Assembly: GCA_027493875.1 (NCBI GenBank)
Contig: JAOSJX010000002.1
Span: 229,349-293,348, forward strand
Source of the DNA: Deltaproteobacteria bacterium
GTDB taxonomy: Bacteria; Lernaellota; Lernaellaia; JACKCT01
Reading direction: 5' to 3'
Length of the DNA stretch: 64,000 nucleotides
Each line of letters starts with the position of its first letter. Position 1 is the first letter of the stretch. Under the pieces are notes generated by a model, which worked only from the letters and a program-made list of their open reading frames with translations, was not told the origin of the DNA and did no database searches. A program made the translations under genes and the position numbers. Of the stretch, positions 20,568-31,027 are shown piece after piece.

Positions 20568-21269
20568 TCACGACATCGCGTTGATGCGGCCGACGCCATG
20601 CAGGCCGAGCCCGCCGAGGGCCGGCGTGCAGGAGGCGGAATCGAAACCCGCCTCGCGGATCAGCGTTTCGAGAGCGGCGTCCGTGATGCGTCCGGCGCGG
20701 GCGGCGACGAATCTCCACGAGACCATCGACGACGCAAACCGGAGCGACGCGAAGGGCGTGCGCAGGTGCGCCGGGATCGCCGGTACGGCGGCGAGCGCGG
20801 ACCGCCAAAGGGAGCCGTTTTCGTTGGGCTCCATGACGATCAACGATCCTCCCGGCGCGAGCACCCGGCGCATCTCCGCCAGAACTTTTTTTCGATTGCC
20901 GGTCAGATAAAGAACGCTGTGGCCGACGACAAGGTCGAACGACGCGTCCGAAAAAGGCACGGCCGCGGCGTCGGCCTGGATAAAGTCGACATTCGCCAGC
21001 GAAGCGTACCGCGCGCGATGACGCTCCCGGGCGATCGCGATCATTTTTTCGGAGAAATCGACGCCGGTGACGCGGGCCGCCGGCCCAAGCCGGGACGCCA
21101 GCACGAACGCGCTGACGCCGGGACCGGTGCCCAGGTCGAGCACGCGGACGTTCGGCGGCAACGGCCCGACGCGATCCATTGTCGACGCGATCTGCCGTCG
21201 CCAGTGGTCCTGGTCCGTCAGGCGATCGTAGACGGACACAACAAAGCTGTTCAGCCAGATGGTCTGCAC
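20568..21269 (-). CDS. Class I SAM-dependent methyltransferase (UbiE/MenG-like fold)
   Basis: VLDLGTGPG, VTGVDFSEKMI, QADAAAVPFSDASFDLV, EMRRVLAPGG; GTG start chosen, ORF open to 21338. Confidence 0.85.
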   Translation of the reverse strand: MQTIWLNSFVVSVYDRLTDQDHWRRQIASTMDRVGPLPPNVRVLDLGTGPGVSAFVLASRLGPAARVTGVDFSEKMIAIARERHRARYASLANVDFIQADAAAVPFSDASFDLVVGHSVLYLTGNRKKVLAEMRRVLAPGGSLIVMEPNENGSLWRSALAAVPAIPAHLRTPFASLRFASSMVSWRFVAARAGRITDAALETLIREAGFDSASCTPALGGLGLHGVGRINAMS

Positions 21270-21401
21270 GGGTGGTCTCGTTTTCTCTTGGCAATATAGA
21301 TCGCCGAAGAGCCTCCACCGCGCTGTCACCAAGCTCACAGACTCAAATAATCGGGCACTCTAAGACGATCCATCCGACATCCGTCGCAGGAAACGCACGA
21401 C

Positions 21402-22215
21402 ATGACCGCGAAGAAAGCCCTCGAAAATCCGACACGACCAACACCGCCAAACCGGTGGAGCCGCCTTCCGATTCGCCAACGCGGCGCTGGTTTGTCGCCG
21501 GGCTGCTCGGCGCCCTTCCCGCCGCGAAGCTGATCACGGCCTGCGCGGGCGGCGACGATGACGATTCGAGCGGCACCGGTCAGCTTTCCGATGACGACGA
21601 CGCGACGGACGACGACGCTTCGTTCGACGACGACGATACGACGATCGATTGCACGCTCTATCCCCAGCAAACCGCGGGGGCCTTTTTATCTCGATCTCGA
21701 TCTGGTCCGCCGCGACGTCACGGAGGGTAAAGCGGGGACGGCGTTGGTCCTGACGGTCACGGTCGTGCGGGCGTCGGACTGCTCGCCGATCAAGGATGCG
21801 GCCGTCGACATCTGGCATTGCGACGCGGGCGGGCTTTACTCGGGTTATCCGGGCCAGCTCGGCGGCGTCGATACGACGGGCGAGACGTTTCTGCGCGGGA
21901 CGCAAATCACGGACGACGCGGGAATCGCGCGGTTCGACTCTATTTATCCCGGCTGGTATCCAGGGCGAACGACGCACATTCATTTCAAGGTGCATTTGTC
22001 GTCGAATCTCGAAGCGACGTCGCAGATGTATTTTCCCGAGGACGTGACGACCGCGGTTTATGGGACGGCGCCGTATGATGCGCGCGGCCAGAAAGACACG
22101 GCGAATACCGCGGACGGCATCGCCGGCGATCCGCCGCCGCCGCTGTTGAACGTCTCGAAAGACGGGTCGAGCTATCAGGCCGGCCTGACGGTCGGGGGTG
22201 GCCGACCCTTCCTGA
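21402..22215 (+). CDS. Intradiol ring-cleavage dioxygenase-like lipoprotein (Tat-type RR signal, Asp-rich linker), frameshifted
   Basis: TRRWF..LITAC, GPFY..RRDVTEG, VDIWHCDAGGLYS, FLRGTQITD, IYPGWYPGRTTHIHFKV. Confidence 0.8.
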
Positions 22216-22277
22216 ACAAACGGGAAGCAATCTCACCGACGCGAGAAAAACCGTTGACGCGTTGACCCGGCCGGTGT

Positions 22278-22313
22278 ATTTAACCGATAAGCTAATTAAC
22301 TGATTGGTGAATT
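22278..22313. promoter_or_regulatory. Tandem imperfect ArsR-type operators
   Basis: ATTTAACCGATAAGCTAAT and AATTAACTGATTGGTGAATT directly before the ArsR ATG; resemble the 4312-4329 palindrome. Confidence 0.5.
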
Positions 22314-22317
22314 ACAA

Positions 22318-22672
22318 ATGCAAACCGACCACCTCAGCGCCACGTTCGCGGCTCTCGCCGACCCGACCCGCCGGGCGATTCTGGCGCGCCTGGCGTCGGG
22401 CGAGGTTTCGGTGACGGAACTGGCGAAGCCCTTTGAAATAAGCCTTCCCGCCGTTTCCAAACATCTCAAAGTTCTCGAACGCGCGGGCCTCATCGAACGG
22501 GGCCGCGAGGCGCAATGGCGCCCCCTGCCGGCTGGAGGCCGGGCCCCTCAAGGACGTGGATAAGTGGCTCGGGCGCTACCGGCGCTTCTGGGACGAAAGT
22601 TTCGACCGGCTCGACGACTATCTTCGCGAACTCCAATCCAAGGGGACAAAAAAACATGGCCGCGGCAAGTAA
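22318..22672 (+). CDS. ArsR/SmtB-family regulator (frameshift near 22530)
   Basis: LSATFAALADPTRRAILARL, SLPAVSKHLKVLERAGLI, WRP-CRLEA.PL..V..W, ends HGRGK*. Confidence 0.88.
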
Positions 22673-23159
22673 GACCGGTGTGACGACGTTTACGACGCCG
22701 TCCGACCGGGAAATCACGGCGACGCGCGTGGTGGACGCGCCGCGCACGCTCGTCTGGGAGATGTGGACGAATCCCAAGCACGTCCCGCGGTGGCTGCTCG
22801 GCCCGGACGGCTGGACGATGCCCGTTTGCGAAATTGATCTTCGGCCCGGCGGCGCGTGGCGCTACGTCTGGCGAAACAGCCAACGCGAAGAGTTCGAGAT
22901 GAACGGAACCTATACCGAGATCTCGCCGCCGGAGCGGCTTGTGCATACCGAATCGTGGGGCCCCGAATGGCCGGAGACAACCAACACGCTGACGCTGACC
23001 GAGGAGGAAGGTCAAACGACGATGGTTTGTACCGTTCTCTATCCTTCGGCGGAGGCTCTGGAAGCCGCGACGAAGACGGGCATGACGGACGGTTGGTCAC
23101 AGAGCTACGACCGACTCGATGCGTATCTCGCTACCTTGCCGGAAGGAGAATGGTCATGA
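22656..23159 (+). CDS. SRPBCC/AHSA1 domain protein
   Basis: FTTPSDREITATRVVDAPRTLVW, CEIDLRPGG.WRYVW, GMTDGWSQSYDRLD. Confidence 0.88.
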   Translation: MAAASKTGVTTFTTPSDREITATRVVDAPRTLVWEMWTNPKHVPRWLLGPDGWTMPVCEIDLRPGGAWRYVWRNSQREEFEMNGTYTEISPPERLVHTESWGPEWPETTNTLTLTEEEGQTTMVCTVLYPSAEALEAATKTGMTDGWSQSYDRLDAYLATLPEGEWS

Positions 23160-24095
23160 CCGCACCGGAACTGGTTGTCACGCGCGTTTTCGATGCGCCG
23201 CGCGAGCTCGTTTTCGACATGTGGGCCAAGCCTGAACACGTGACGCGGTGGTTCGGCCCGAAACGTTTCGCCCTCCTCGTCCAGCGCATGGATTTCCGCG
23301 TTGGCGGGACATACCGGTTTTTGATGCGCGCTCCGGACGGCTCGGATTTTCCGTTCAGCGGCACTTACCGCGAGATCGTTGCGCCCGAGCGCCTCGTTTA
23401 CACCGCCGTCCTCGACGTGGAACCCGATCACGAGATGTTGACGACCGTCGTCCTGGAAGAATCCGGCGGGAAAACGAGAATGACGGTCCGTCAAACGCGG
23501 CCGCGCTCCGAGGAACTTGGCCGCGGGCAGGAACAAGGACTGAACGAAACGGTGGATCACCTCGTGGCCTGCGTCGCGGGACCGGCCGAGGAGTATTCCA
23601 TTCGGCGTGCTTTTGACGCGCCGCCGGCGGTTGTTTTCAAGGCGTGGACCGACGCCGGGCATTTCGCCCGATGGTTCCGGTCCCCACAACGTGGACACGA
23701 CCGATTGCCGCCTCGACCCGCGCCCCGGGGGAGAAATTCGTTTTGCCATCGAAGTTCGGACGCCGCATCGACATGGATCAAGGGATTTTATGGCGAGATC
23801 GTCGCGCCGACGCGCCTGGTTTTGACGTTTTATTTTTCCGACGCCGACGGACGACCCGCGCGCCATCCGATCCTGCCCGAGGGGCCGCTCAACCTCCTTC
23901 TGACGACGGCGGTCGGACTTTCCGGGTGACGGCGACCGAACGGATCTCACCCTGCGTCAATTCGTCGCGCCTTTCGAGGCCGCGGCGAGCGAAAGCGTCC
24001 GGCACCACCTCGAGCTGACGAAACTGGGTTGGGGCGAAACCCTCGACCGCCTTGGAGAATTCATCAATAAGGGAAAAGAATCTGCTTCCTCATGA
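23156..24095 (+). CDS. Tandem two-domain SRPBCC/AHSA1 protein (frameshifts in second domain)
   Basis: ELVVTRVFDAPRELVF..W; second domain SIRRAFDAPPAVVFKAWTD..; ends ETLDRLGEF. Confidence 0.75.
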
Positions 24096-24152
24096 CGAAC
24101 AGGCCGGTTTCCATCGAAGAATCCGATCGCGCCGGACAGGAGAAAACCGATC

Positions 24153-24572
24153 ATGCTAACGCGACTGCTCAAACCCGTCACCGATCACGCTTACGCGCTC
24201 CTCCGCATCGTTGCCGGACTGATGTTCGGCTTTCACGGACTGCAAAAGCTCTTCGGCGTCCTGACGGAGCATCAACCGGACTTCGGCACGCAGATCTGGA
24301 TCGGGGGAGTCATCGAGTTCGTCACGGGAATTGCGATCGCGCTCGGCGCGGCGACGGCGTGGGCGGCTTTTCTCGCGAGCGGAACGATGGCGGTCGCGTA
24401 TATTCAGTTTCACTGGAAATTCGGCCTCGGCGAGCAATTTCTTCCGGCAGTCAACAAAGGCGAATTGGCGCTGCTGTATTCGTTTCTCTTTTTGTACATG
24501 GCGTGCCGCGGCGGCGGGCGTGGAGCGTGGACCGTGTCGTTCAAAAAGAGCGTTGATTTGTCGAATCAGTGA
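24153..24572 (+). CDS. DoxX family membrane protein
   Basis: ALLRIVAGLMF.FHGLQKLFG, AAFLASGTMAVAY, NKGELALLY. Confidence 0.88.
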   Translation: MLTRLLKPVTDHAYALLRIVAGLMFGFHGLQKLFGVLTEHQPDFGTQIWIGGVIEFVTGIAIALGAATAWAAFLASGTMAVAYIQFHWKFGLGEQFLPAVNKGELALLYSFLFLYMACRGGGRGAWTVSFKKSVDLSNQ

Positions 24573-24663
24573 TCTGTTTTTCGTTAAAATAGTTGTCGCG
24601 GGCCTCACCAATATCTCATGCGGCTCTACTCCGCCGCCGGCCCATGCCTATAATCACCCTATT

Positions 24664-24891
24664 GTGAAAGTACGTAGGCTTGATGTGCGTGGCCACGTCT
24701 GTCCCGATCCAACGCTGGACACACGCCGTGCCTTGCTTGAATCGGCCCCCTGGGAAACGCTGGAAGTACTCTCGGATTATTATCCGGCGAAACAAACGAT
24801 TCCACGTCTCGCCGCTCGCGAAGGATTTAAAAGCGAAGTCATCGCCATCGACGATACAACGTTCAAAGTTCTCATCCATAGGAGGCCCTAA
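24664..24891 (+). CDS. TusA/SirA-family sulfurtransferase (sulfur carrier)
   Basis: GTG start, LDVRGHVCPDP (CPxP motif), LEVLSD; 75 aa; stop overlaps the next ATG (TAATG). Confidence 0.85.
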   Translation: MKVRRLDVRGHVCPDPTLDTRRALLESAPWETLEVLSDYYPAKQTIPRLAAREGFKSEVIAIDDTTFKVLIHRRP

Positions 24892-25253
24892 TGGCACCGA
24901 TTTTGATCGCGACCACGCACGCAACCGACGATCCGACGAAAGCGTCGCTCGCCTTCGTCACCGCCGCCGGCTGTATCGGAACGGATCGCGCGTGCAGAGT
25001 TGTTTTGATCGGGGAAGGCGCTTCTCTGGCGCGCAAGGAAACGGCGGCGGCGGTGCACGGCGTCGGATTCCCTCCCCTTTCCGAACTGATTGAAAAGGTG
25101 GTGACGGCCAAAGTTCCCGTCTTCGTTTGAGGGGCTTGCGCCGTCGCCCGTGGGGTGACTGAAGAAGACCTGAAGAGCCTCAACGCTACTTTCGTGGACC
25201 CGATTTCGTGGGCCGATCTCATCGCCGAATCGTCGCACGTGGTGATGTTCTAG
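24891..25253 (+). CDS. DsrE-family selenoprotein (in-frame UGA at 25128-25130 read as Sec, UxxC motif), 120 aa
   Basis: DsrE N-terminus (THATDDPTKASLAF, LIGEG); ...VPVFV-TGA-GACAVARGVTEEDL...WADLIAESSHVVMF* in the same frame; hairpin 3' of UGA. Confidence 0.8.
25131..25165 (+). promoter_or_regulatory. Candidate bacterial SECIS element
   Basis: Stem GTCGCCC (25143-25149) / GGGTGAC (25153-25159) with G-containing apical loop 19 nt after UGA. Confidence 0.55.
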
Positions 25254-25339
25254 CGGCCTGTATTTTTGGCAGCACAGACCAGAAGAAAACGGTCGCGGCT
25301 TGCCCCCGCGACCGCTCCCCAAAAGCGCGCCGCTCACTC

Positions 25340-25368
25340 TTGACAACCCCTGCCCCGATCTTGATATT
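25340..25368 (+). promoter_or_regulatory. Sigma-70-like promoter for tRNA-Asn
   Basis: TTGACA-N17-GATATT, 16 bp upstream of the tRNA. Confidence 0.5.
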
Positions 25369-25384
25369 ACGGCCCGGTTCCTGG

Positions 25385-25457
25385 TCCTGGGTAGCTCAGT
25401 CGGTAGAGCGGGTGGCTGTTAACCACCATGTCGGGGGTTCGAGTCCCTCCCCAGGAG
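25385..25457 (+). tRNA. tRNA-Asn (GTT), CCA not encoded
   Basis: Acceptor stem TCCTGGG/CCCAGGA, D-arm TAGCTCAGTCGGTAGAGC, anticodon loop CTGTTAA, T-loop GTTCGAGT. Confidence 0.95.
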
Positions 25458-25485
25458 TTTTTCCAAAAGCAAGAAGGAACAACCT

Positions 25486-25515
25486 CTTCCGGGCCCGGTA
25501 GTCCGGGCCCGGAAG
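25486..25515. terminator. Strong hairpin, probable bidirectional terminator
   Basis: CTTCCGGGCCCGG-TAGT-CCGGGCCCGGAAG 13-bp perfect stem between the tRNA and a convergent gene. Confidence 0.7.
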
Positions 25516-25528
25516 AACGCCTGCGTTT

Positions 25529-27507
25529 TTAATCAGTGCTCGGGCAGTAGGCGTTGTCGAAGACGTCCTCGCCGATGTTCCAGTCGCCGCTGAAATCGTT
25601 GCTGAAGGTCATCTCGTGTCCCCAGCCGCTGACCTGGAAATTGATGACAAAGTTGTTCGGCAGCATATCCACGAGGACTCGGATAAGCCGTACCGGCACT
25701 TTGAACAACGTCCCGATTTCCGTGTCGCACTGGCTGGGGATATCGCCGAATTCCAACGTCTCCCCGGTGCATGCCGCCGTGTCGCCGTTGGCCGCGGGGC
25801 TGCAGCCGTTTTGGGGCATCAGCACCGACCCGCCATTGCAGTCGTCGTTGGCGCAGTACGAATCCACCAGGAATTGCTCGACGGTCTCCATCACATCCGC
25901 TTTTTCGAGGGACACGGCGAAGTGTCCGTCTACAAACGACAGATTGGCGTCCAGGTCGTTACCCATTTTAAACTCGAATAAGACGTCCGCCGTATAGTTC
26001 AGCCCCACCCCGCAATCGGCGTGGTCTCCGACCGGGTCGAGAAATTGGAGCAGGTCATAGGTCAGCGAAGCGCCCTCCGTGGAAATACAGGGATCGTTGT
26101 AGTTCCAACTGTAAATTTCGCAAGGCGCGTCCCCGCCGAAGTTATATTGGGGGTGACTCCCCACTCGCCGCCCTGCCAATGGGTCTCCTCCAGATAGCCG
26201 TGCGTCATCATGATGTCGTACGGCTGGGTGGTGGTGTTCAGGACCCACATCGGGAGCGGCGAGTTGCCCGGATTGATGCTGGCGATCAGCAGGTTGATCA
26301 GCCAATTGTCCGAGGTCAGCCCGGAGATAAACATGGAATGGTAGGTATCCTCCAGTCCGGACAGCGAGCCGACGGTATCCACGCCGGGGGTACAGGAAAA
26401 GTCCTCCCACTCGGGGAGGTACGGAAGGTCGCCTTTGTTGACCACCGAGACCTCGCCGGTCGCCGGAACGACGTCCACCACGGCGTAGTAACTCTCGTCT
26501 TTGTTCACGGCGCCGAATCCGAATCCGCCTGTGCCGGCCAGTTCGTATTCGCTGTAGGAGAGCAAGTGACCGTTAAACAGCGCCAAGACGTTGTCGGCTT
26601 TTGACGCCAAGACTTGCGGAAGCGTCGGGTCGCCCGAGTCCTCGAGCGCCATGGGACCCGGATGGTGGCTCATGAAGATCAACTGATCGCTGGTGCCGAG
26701 GGCGTTTTCCAGGGCGGCGAGCTGGTCCTCTCCAAAGGACCCCGTGATGCCGTTTCCTTCCTGCCACCTCGGACCGGCCATGGAGTCGGCGGCAAAAAAC
26801 GTCACGCCGTTGAATTCAAACGTGTACCAGGGATCGTCCCCCGGATACATGTCTCCCCAAAGATCCTTTAGGTCGGCGCGCCTCTCGGCGCGATCGGCCC
26901 AGGTCAGCGCGGCCGTCGAATCGATGTAGCGAACCATGAAGTCCTTTTCGCCGGGGAGGATGTAGAGCGGGACGTTCAGGTCGTCGAGCATGCCCAAGGC
27001 AATCCCCGCGGCCTCCTCCCAGCCGTCCTCGACCTCGTCCTCCCAATCCGACCGCATGTACACCGCCACGTCGCCCAGCAGGACGGCGAAGTCGACGTTT
27101 GACTCGTTGTTGATGGCCGTCACGACGGCTTCCAGCTTGTCGTTCCAGCCGTAATTCTCATCGTTGATGGCCTGGGGAACGATCGTGGTGTCGCTGATAA
27201 CCACCATGCGAAACGGATCGCCGGGAGGGGTCGTATCGTCGTCGTCCCCGGTGTCGTCGTCCCCCGTGTCGTCATCGGCCGTATCGTCGTCGGACGTTGT
27301 ATCGTCGTCCCCCGTGTCGTCATCGGGAGTCGTGTCGTCGTCGGGTGTTGTATCGTCGTCGCCAGGCGTTGTGTCGTCGTCACCGACCGTGTCGTCGTCA
27401 CTGCCGCCGCTGTCATCATCGTCATCGTCGCCGCAACCGCAACCGACCGCCAAGGCAAGGGCGCCAACCAAACCGAAAAAAGCGATAAGCATGGGTATCC
27501 GCTTCAT
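25529..27507 (-). CDS. Lipoprotein: Asp/Thr-rich linker + calcineurin-like metallophosphoesterase + Cys-containing C-terminal domain (frameshift near 26170)
   Basis: Lipobox LAVGC; VVISDT, VLLGDV, LPGEKD, FMSHHP, FNGH metallophosphoesterase-like motifs; ORF 25529-26410 supplies the C-terminus. Confidence 0.7.
27230..27430 (-). repeat. Coding tandem repeat encoding (G/P/S)DDDT(T/G/A) units
   Basis: About 11 DDDT-type units; repeated GTCGTCGTCCCCCGTGTCGTCATC blocks. Confidence 0.8.
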
Positions 27508-27643
27508 TGTTTTTCTCCTTGCCTCCGTAAAATAGGATTGACGCTCACTATTGCACCGGAATTCTCTTTACTCAAGAATCGACGGCTGCCAGCCAAGCGA
27601 TATTCGACGTTTTTTTGAGATAGCCGCAAAAAGGACTTACAAA

Positions 27644-28025
27644 ATGAGCGCATCGAAGGAGATCGACGCGAGAATCAAAGAGATGGACGACTGGCGCGGC
27701 AAGACGCTCAGCGCGCGTCCGCGCGCTGATTAAGCAGGCCGATCCGGAGGTGGTCGAGGAGGTGAAGTGGCGAAAGCCGTCGAATCCGGCGGGCGTCGCG
27801 GTGTGGTCCCACGACGGGATCATCTGCACCGGCGAGACCTACAAGGACAAAGTGAAACTCACTTTTATGAACGGCGCCGCGCTCGACGATGCGGCGGGTC
27901 TGTTCAATGCCGGTTTCGGCGGCAATACGCGACGAGCGATCGACATTTACGAAGGGGAAAAGATCGACGCCGGCGCGTTCAAGGCGTTGTGGCGCGAGGC
28001 CGTGGCTTACAACGCCAAACGTTAG
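27644..28025 (+). CDS. DUF1801 (YdhG-like) protein, frameshift near 27715
   Basis: IDARIKEMDDWRGKTLS, VVEEVKWRKPSNPAGV.VWSHDGIICTGETYKDKVKLTF, GNTRRAID. Confidence 0.85.
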
Positions 28026-28050
28026 CGAAATCACCGCGGAGCGTTCGTCC

Positions 28051-28635
28051 ATGGGAAGCCGTATTTCAAAAGGTTCCGCAATTGTCGGGGTGGCCGATCA
28101 CGCCGGTTGGGCCGTGCTGATGACGGTCGCGTCTGACGGGACGCTGCTCGACCGCCGACGCGTTGAACTGGTGGATGATGCGTTGCCCAAACTCCCCTAC
28201 CATCATGATGCCCAAGGGCTTCCGATTGACGAAGCCGTTGCCCTCATCGCGCGCGTGCGTCTGTCGGCGGAGACGCACGCGGCGGCGTGCCTCGATGCGC
28301 TAACGGCGGCGGTGCCGATTAAGATCGCCGGCATCGCCATACGCGCTTGCCCGCCGCTGCCTGATACGGACGCCGAGAGGATTTCCGATTACCGGTCGCA
28401 GAACGTGGCCGACACCGTCATGTACCGCGCGGCGCTTGCGCAGGCGGCCGAGGCCCGCGGTTGGGCTGTTCACTGGTACGAAGCAAAACGCGTCTTCGAC
28501 GAGGCGGCGCGCGTACTCCGTCTCGAAACCATCGACAAGTTTCTCAAGAAAACCGGCGACGCGCTCGGGCCGCCGTGGCGGAAGGATCACCGAACGGCGA
28601 TGGCGGCGGCGATCGCGGCGACGCCGGAACGCTGA
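28051..28635 (+). CDS. Hypothetical protein (possible RNase H-like fold)
   Basis: 194-aa ORF; N-terminal IVGVADHAGWAVLMTV beta-strand pattern. Confidence 0.6.
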   Translation: MGSRISKGSAIVGVADHAGWAVLMTVASDGTLLDRRRVELVDDALPKLPYHHDAQGLPIDEAVALIARVRLSAETHAAACLDALTAAVPIKIAGIAIRACPPLPDTDAERISDYRSQNVADTVMYRAALAQAAEARGWAVHWYEAKRVFDEAARVLRLETIDKFLKKTGDALGPPWRKDHRTAMAAAIAATPER

Positions 28636-28651
28636 TCGCTCTCCTCTCTTA

Positions 28652-31027
28652 CTATCCCTTTTGCCGCAGATTGAGAAACGCGGGGATGACGCACAGCGCC
28701 GCCAAAGCGTTGACCACCATGACCAGCGGCAACAAAACGCCGAGATAAACCAAGGGTAAGAACGAACTCGCCAAAAGGATAGCGAAGCCGCCGCCGACGG
28801 AAAACGCATTGAAAAAGATCGCGCGGCCGGAGGTGGCCATGGTCGCGTCGACGGTCGCGGCGAGCGAGTCCTTTCTCTCGCTTTCCAGGCGATAGCGATG
28901 GATGAAGTGGATGGAGTAGTCCACGCCGACACCGATTATGACGCTGGCGATCAGCGCCGTTCCCATGTTCAGCGGAATGCCGGTGATGACCATGACGGCG
29001 AAGTTCGTCGTCACGGTGACGGCCAGCGGAATCATACCCAAAGAGGCGTATCCCAACGACCGGAAGAGAATTATCAGCATCAACAAAACGCCGACGAAGC
29101 TGAGCGACAGGCTCGCGATCTGCCCTTTCACCAGATAGTCCACGACCTTGAGGTTGATCGCTCCGGCGCCCGTAAAGCCGAGCTTGCATTGCCCTTCCTT
29201 GAATACCCTGGCGGCCGATTCTTCGATTCTGCTCATGACTTGCTGGTAGTCGTTTGAGTCGTTGGATTTGATCTGGATATGGACGTGCGCGCGTTGATAG
29301 GAGAAATCGACGGCCTGCGCCATGTCCTCGCCGCCGGTTCCTTCGTAAAGAAGATAGTACTGCGCGACTTTCGCGCGCCCTTTTTCCGGGGTCAATCGGG
29401 CCCAATATCCTCCCGCGTGCCGGGCACACGATTAAACACCGGATCATCATCGTTAAGCACGACGTTCATCCGCTTTAGAAATTCGACGACCGACGTCGTT
29501 CGGCCGACGACCGGCAACTCTTCGATGCTCTGTTGAAATTCATCGATGGCCGTAAGAAGTTCCGGATCCTTCAACGCGCCCGGCTCCAAGCCGTCCACCT
29601 GGATCGAGATTTCGCCGGTGCCGCCGAAATGCCCGTTGAGAAACGCGTCGGAAACCCGGATGTTCGATTCTTCGTCGAAATAGGCCACGGGGTTGTTGCG
29701 GACCCGCAGCAACGTCGACAGCGCGCCGGTGACGATCAGCACCAGAATAAACGTCGCGAGAATGGTTCTGGGACGCCGCATACTGAAACGCCCTAAAGCT
29801 CTGCTCACGTCGTTCCAGAAGCCGTCTTTGTTTTCGTGCGCGGCGGCGAGCCTTCTCGGCTTTCCCAGAATCGCCAACATGGCCGGAATAAACGTCATGG
29901 AAAAAATCATCGCGCACATGACGCCGAGGGCCACGGCGTAGCCGTACTCGCGAATGGGTCCGACTTTCGATGACGCCAGCGCCAAAAACCCCACCGCCGT
30001 GGTCACGGAGGTCATGACCACGGGGCTGTTCATCTCTTTCATCGTCCGGTGAATCGCGTCGAGATTTTCGCTGCCGCGCCGCAAGTGGTGGTAGTACTCG
30101 TGAAGGATGTGAATGCCGTCGGCGATGCCCATCGACACCAGAACGATCGGAATGCTGGCGCAGATGATGGTGGTCTTCATTCCGACCAAGCCGATGAATC
30201 CGTAGGTCCAGACGACCGCGACGACCACCACGGCCAGAGGAATCCAAACACCGCGCAACGTTCGAAAGGACACCCAGAGAAGAAAAATCAGCAGCAGCGC
30301 GACCAGCGGAAGCATGACTTTGTTGTCGCGGTCCATCATCCGGTTACTTGTCGCGAAAACGGCATGCACGCCCGTCACGTAGATTTTTCCGGGGCCCGGA
30401 TCGTCGGCCACGATCTCCTCGATCCGCTCCACGCACGCGATCGCTTTTTCCGTTTCGTCGATTTCAAAATCCGGCTGCACAAAAAGAACGGTGCTGGTTT
30501 CGTCGCCGGACACGAGCCCGTCGTTGATCATCGGATTGCTTCGCGCGGCGGCCGCATACCGCTCGACTTCTTCCGGGGTTTCGGGGGTTTTCGGCGATCG
30601 GGTCCACGACGATCATCCCGTCGTCGGCGACGATGTTTTCGATCGAAGACAACGACTGGACGCTATGGACAAGGTCGAGCGCCTCAATATTATTGGTGAG
30701 GCGATCAATCTGAGCCAGCGTTTTGGGCGTATAAATTCCGTCCGGATGGTAAACGGCGAGAATGATCTTGCTCTGGATATTGAAGTGCTCGCGAAACTCG
30801 TCGTAGAAAATCTTGATCGGCTCGTCGCGCGGCACGAGCCGTTCCATGCTGTGATCTCTTTCAATAAATTGCGTGAAATAACTGAGAAAGACCGTCAGGA
30901 CCAAGGTCAACCCGATCACGACACACGGACGACCGGTACAGAACGTCGTGAGGCGAAACATGGCGTTATTGACCTTGGACACTGGATTAATCCGCCGGGA
31001 ATTCCCGTTAAAGACGGTTTGGGGCAT
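28652..31027 (-). CDS. MMPL/RND-family transporter (three fragments, frameshifts near 30500 and 29395)
   Basis: Two TM bundles with MGIADGIHI and GVGVDYSIHF motifs; TSVTTAVGF; GRAIFFNAFSV..GF. Confidence 0.88.

Noticed and set aside
25385-25530. tRNA-Asn as an integration site of a genomic island or prophage
   Set aside because: No integrase and no duplicated tRNA 3' end (attR) seen in the window
27230-27430. Regularly spaced GTCGTC repeats as a possible CRISPR array
   Set aside because: In-frame codon repeats of an Asp-rich linker; no constant 23-47 bp repeat with unique spacers and no cas genes
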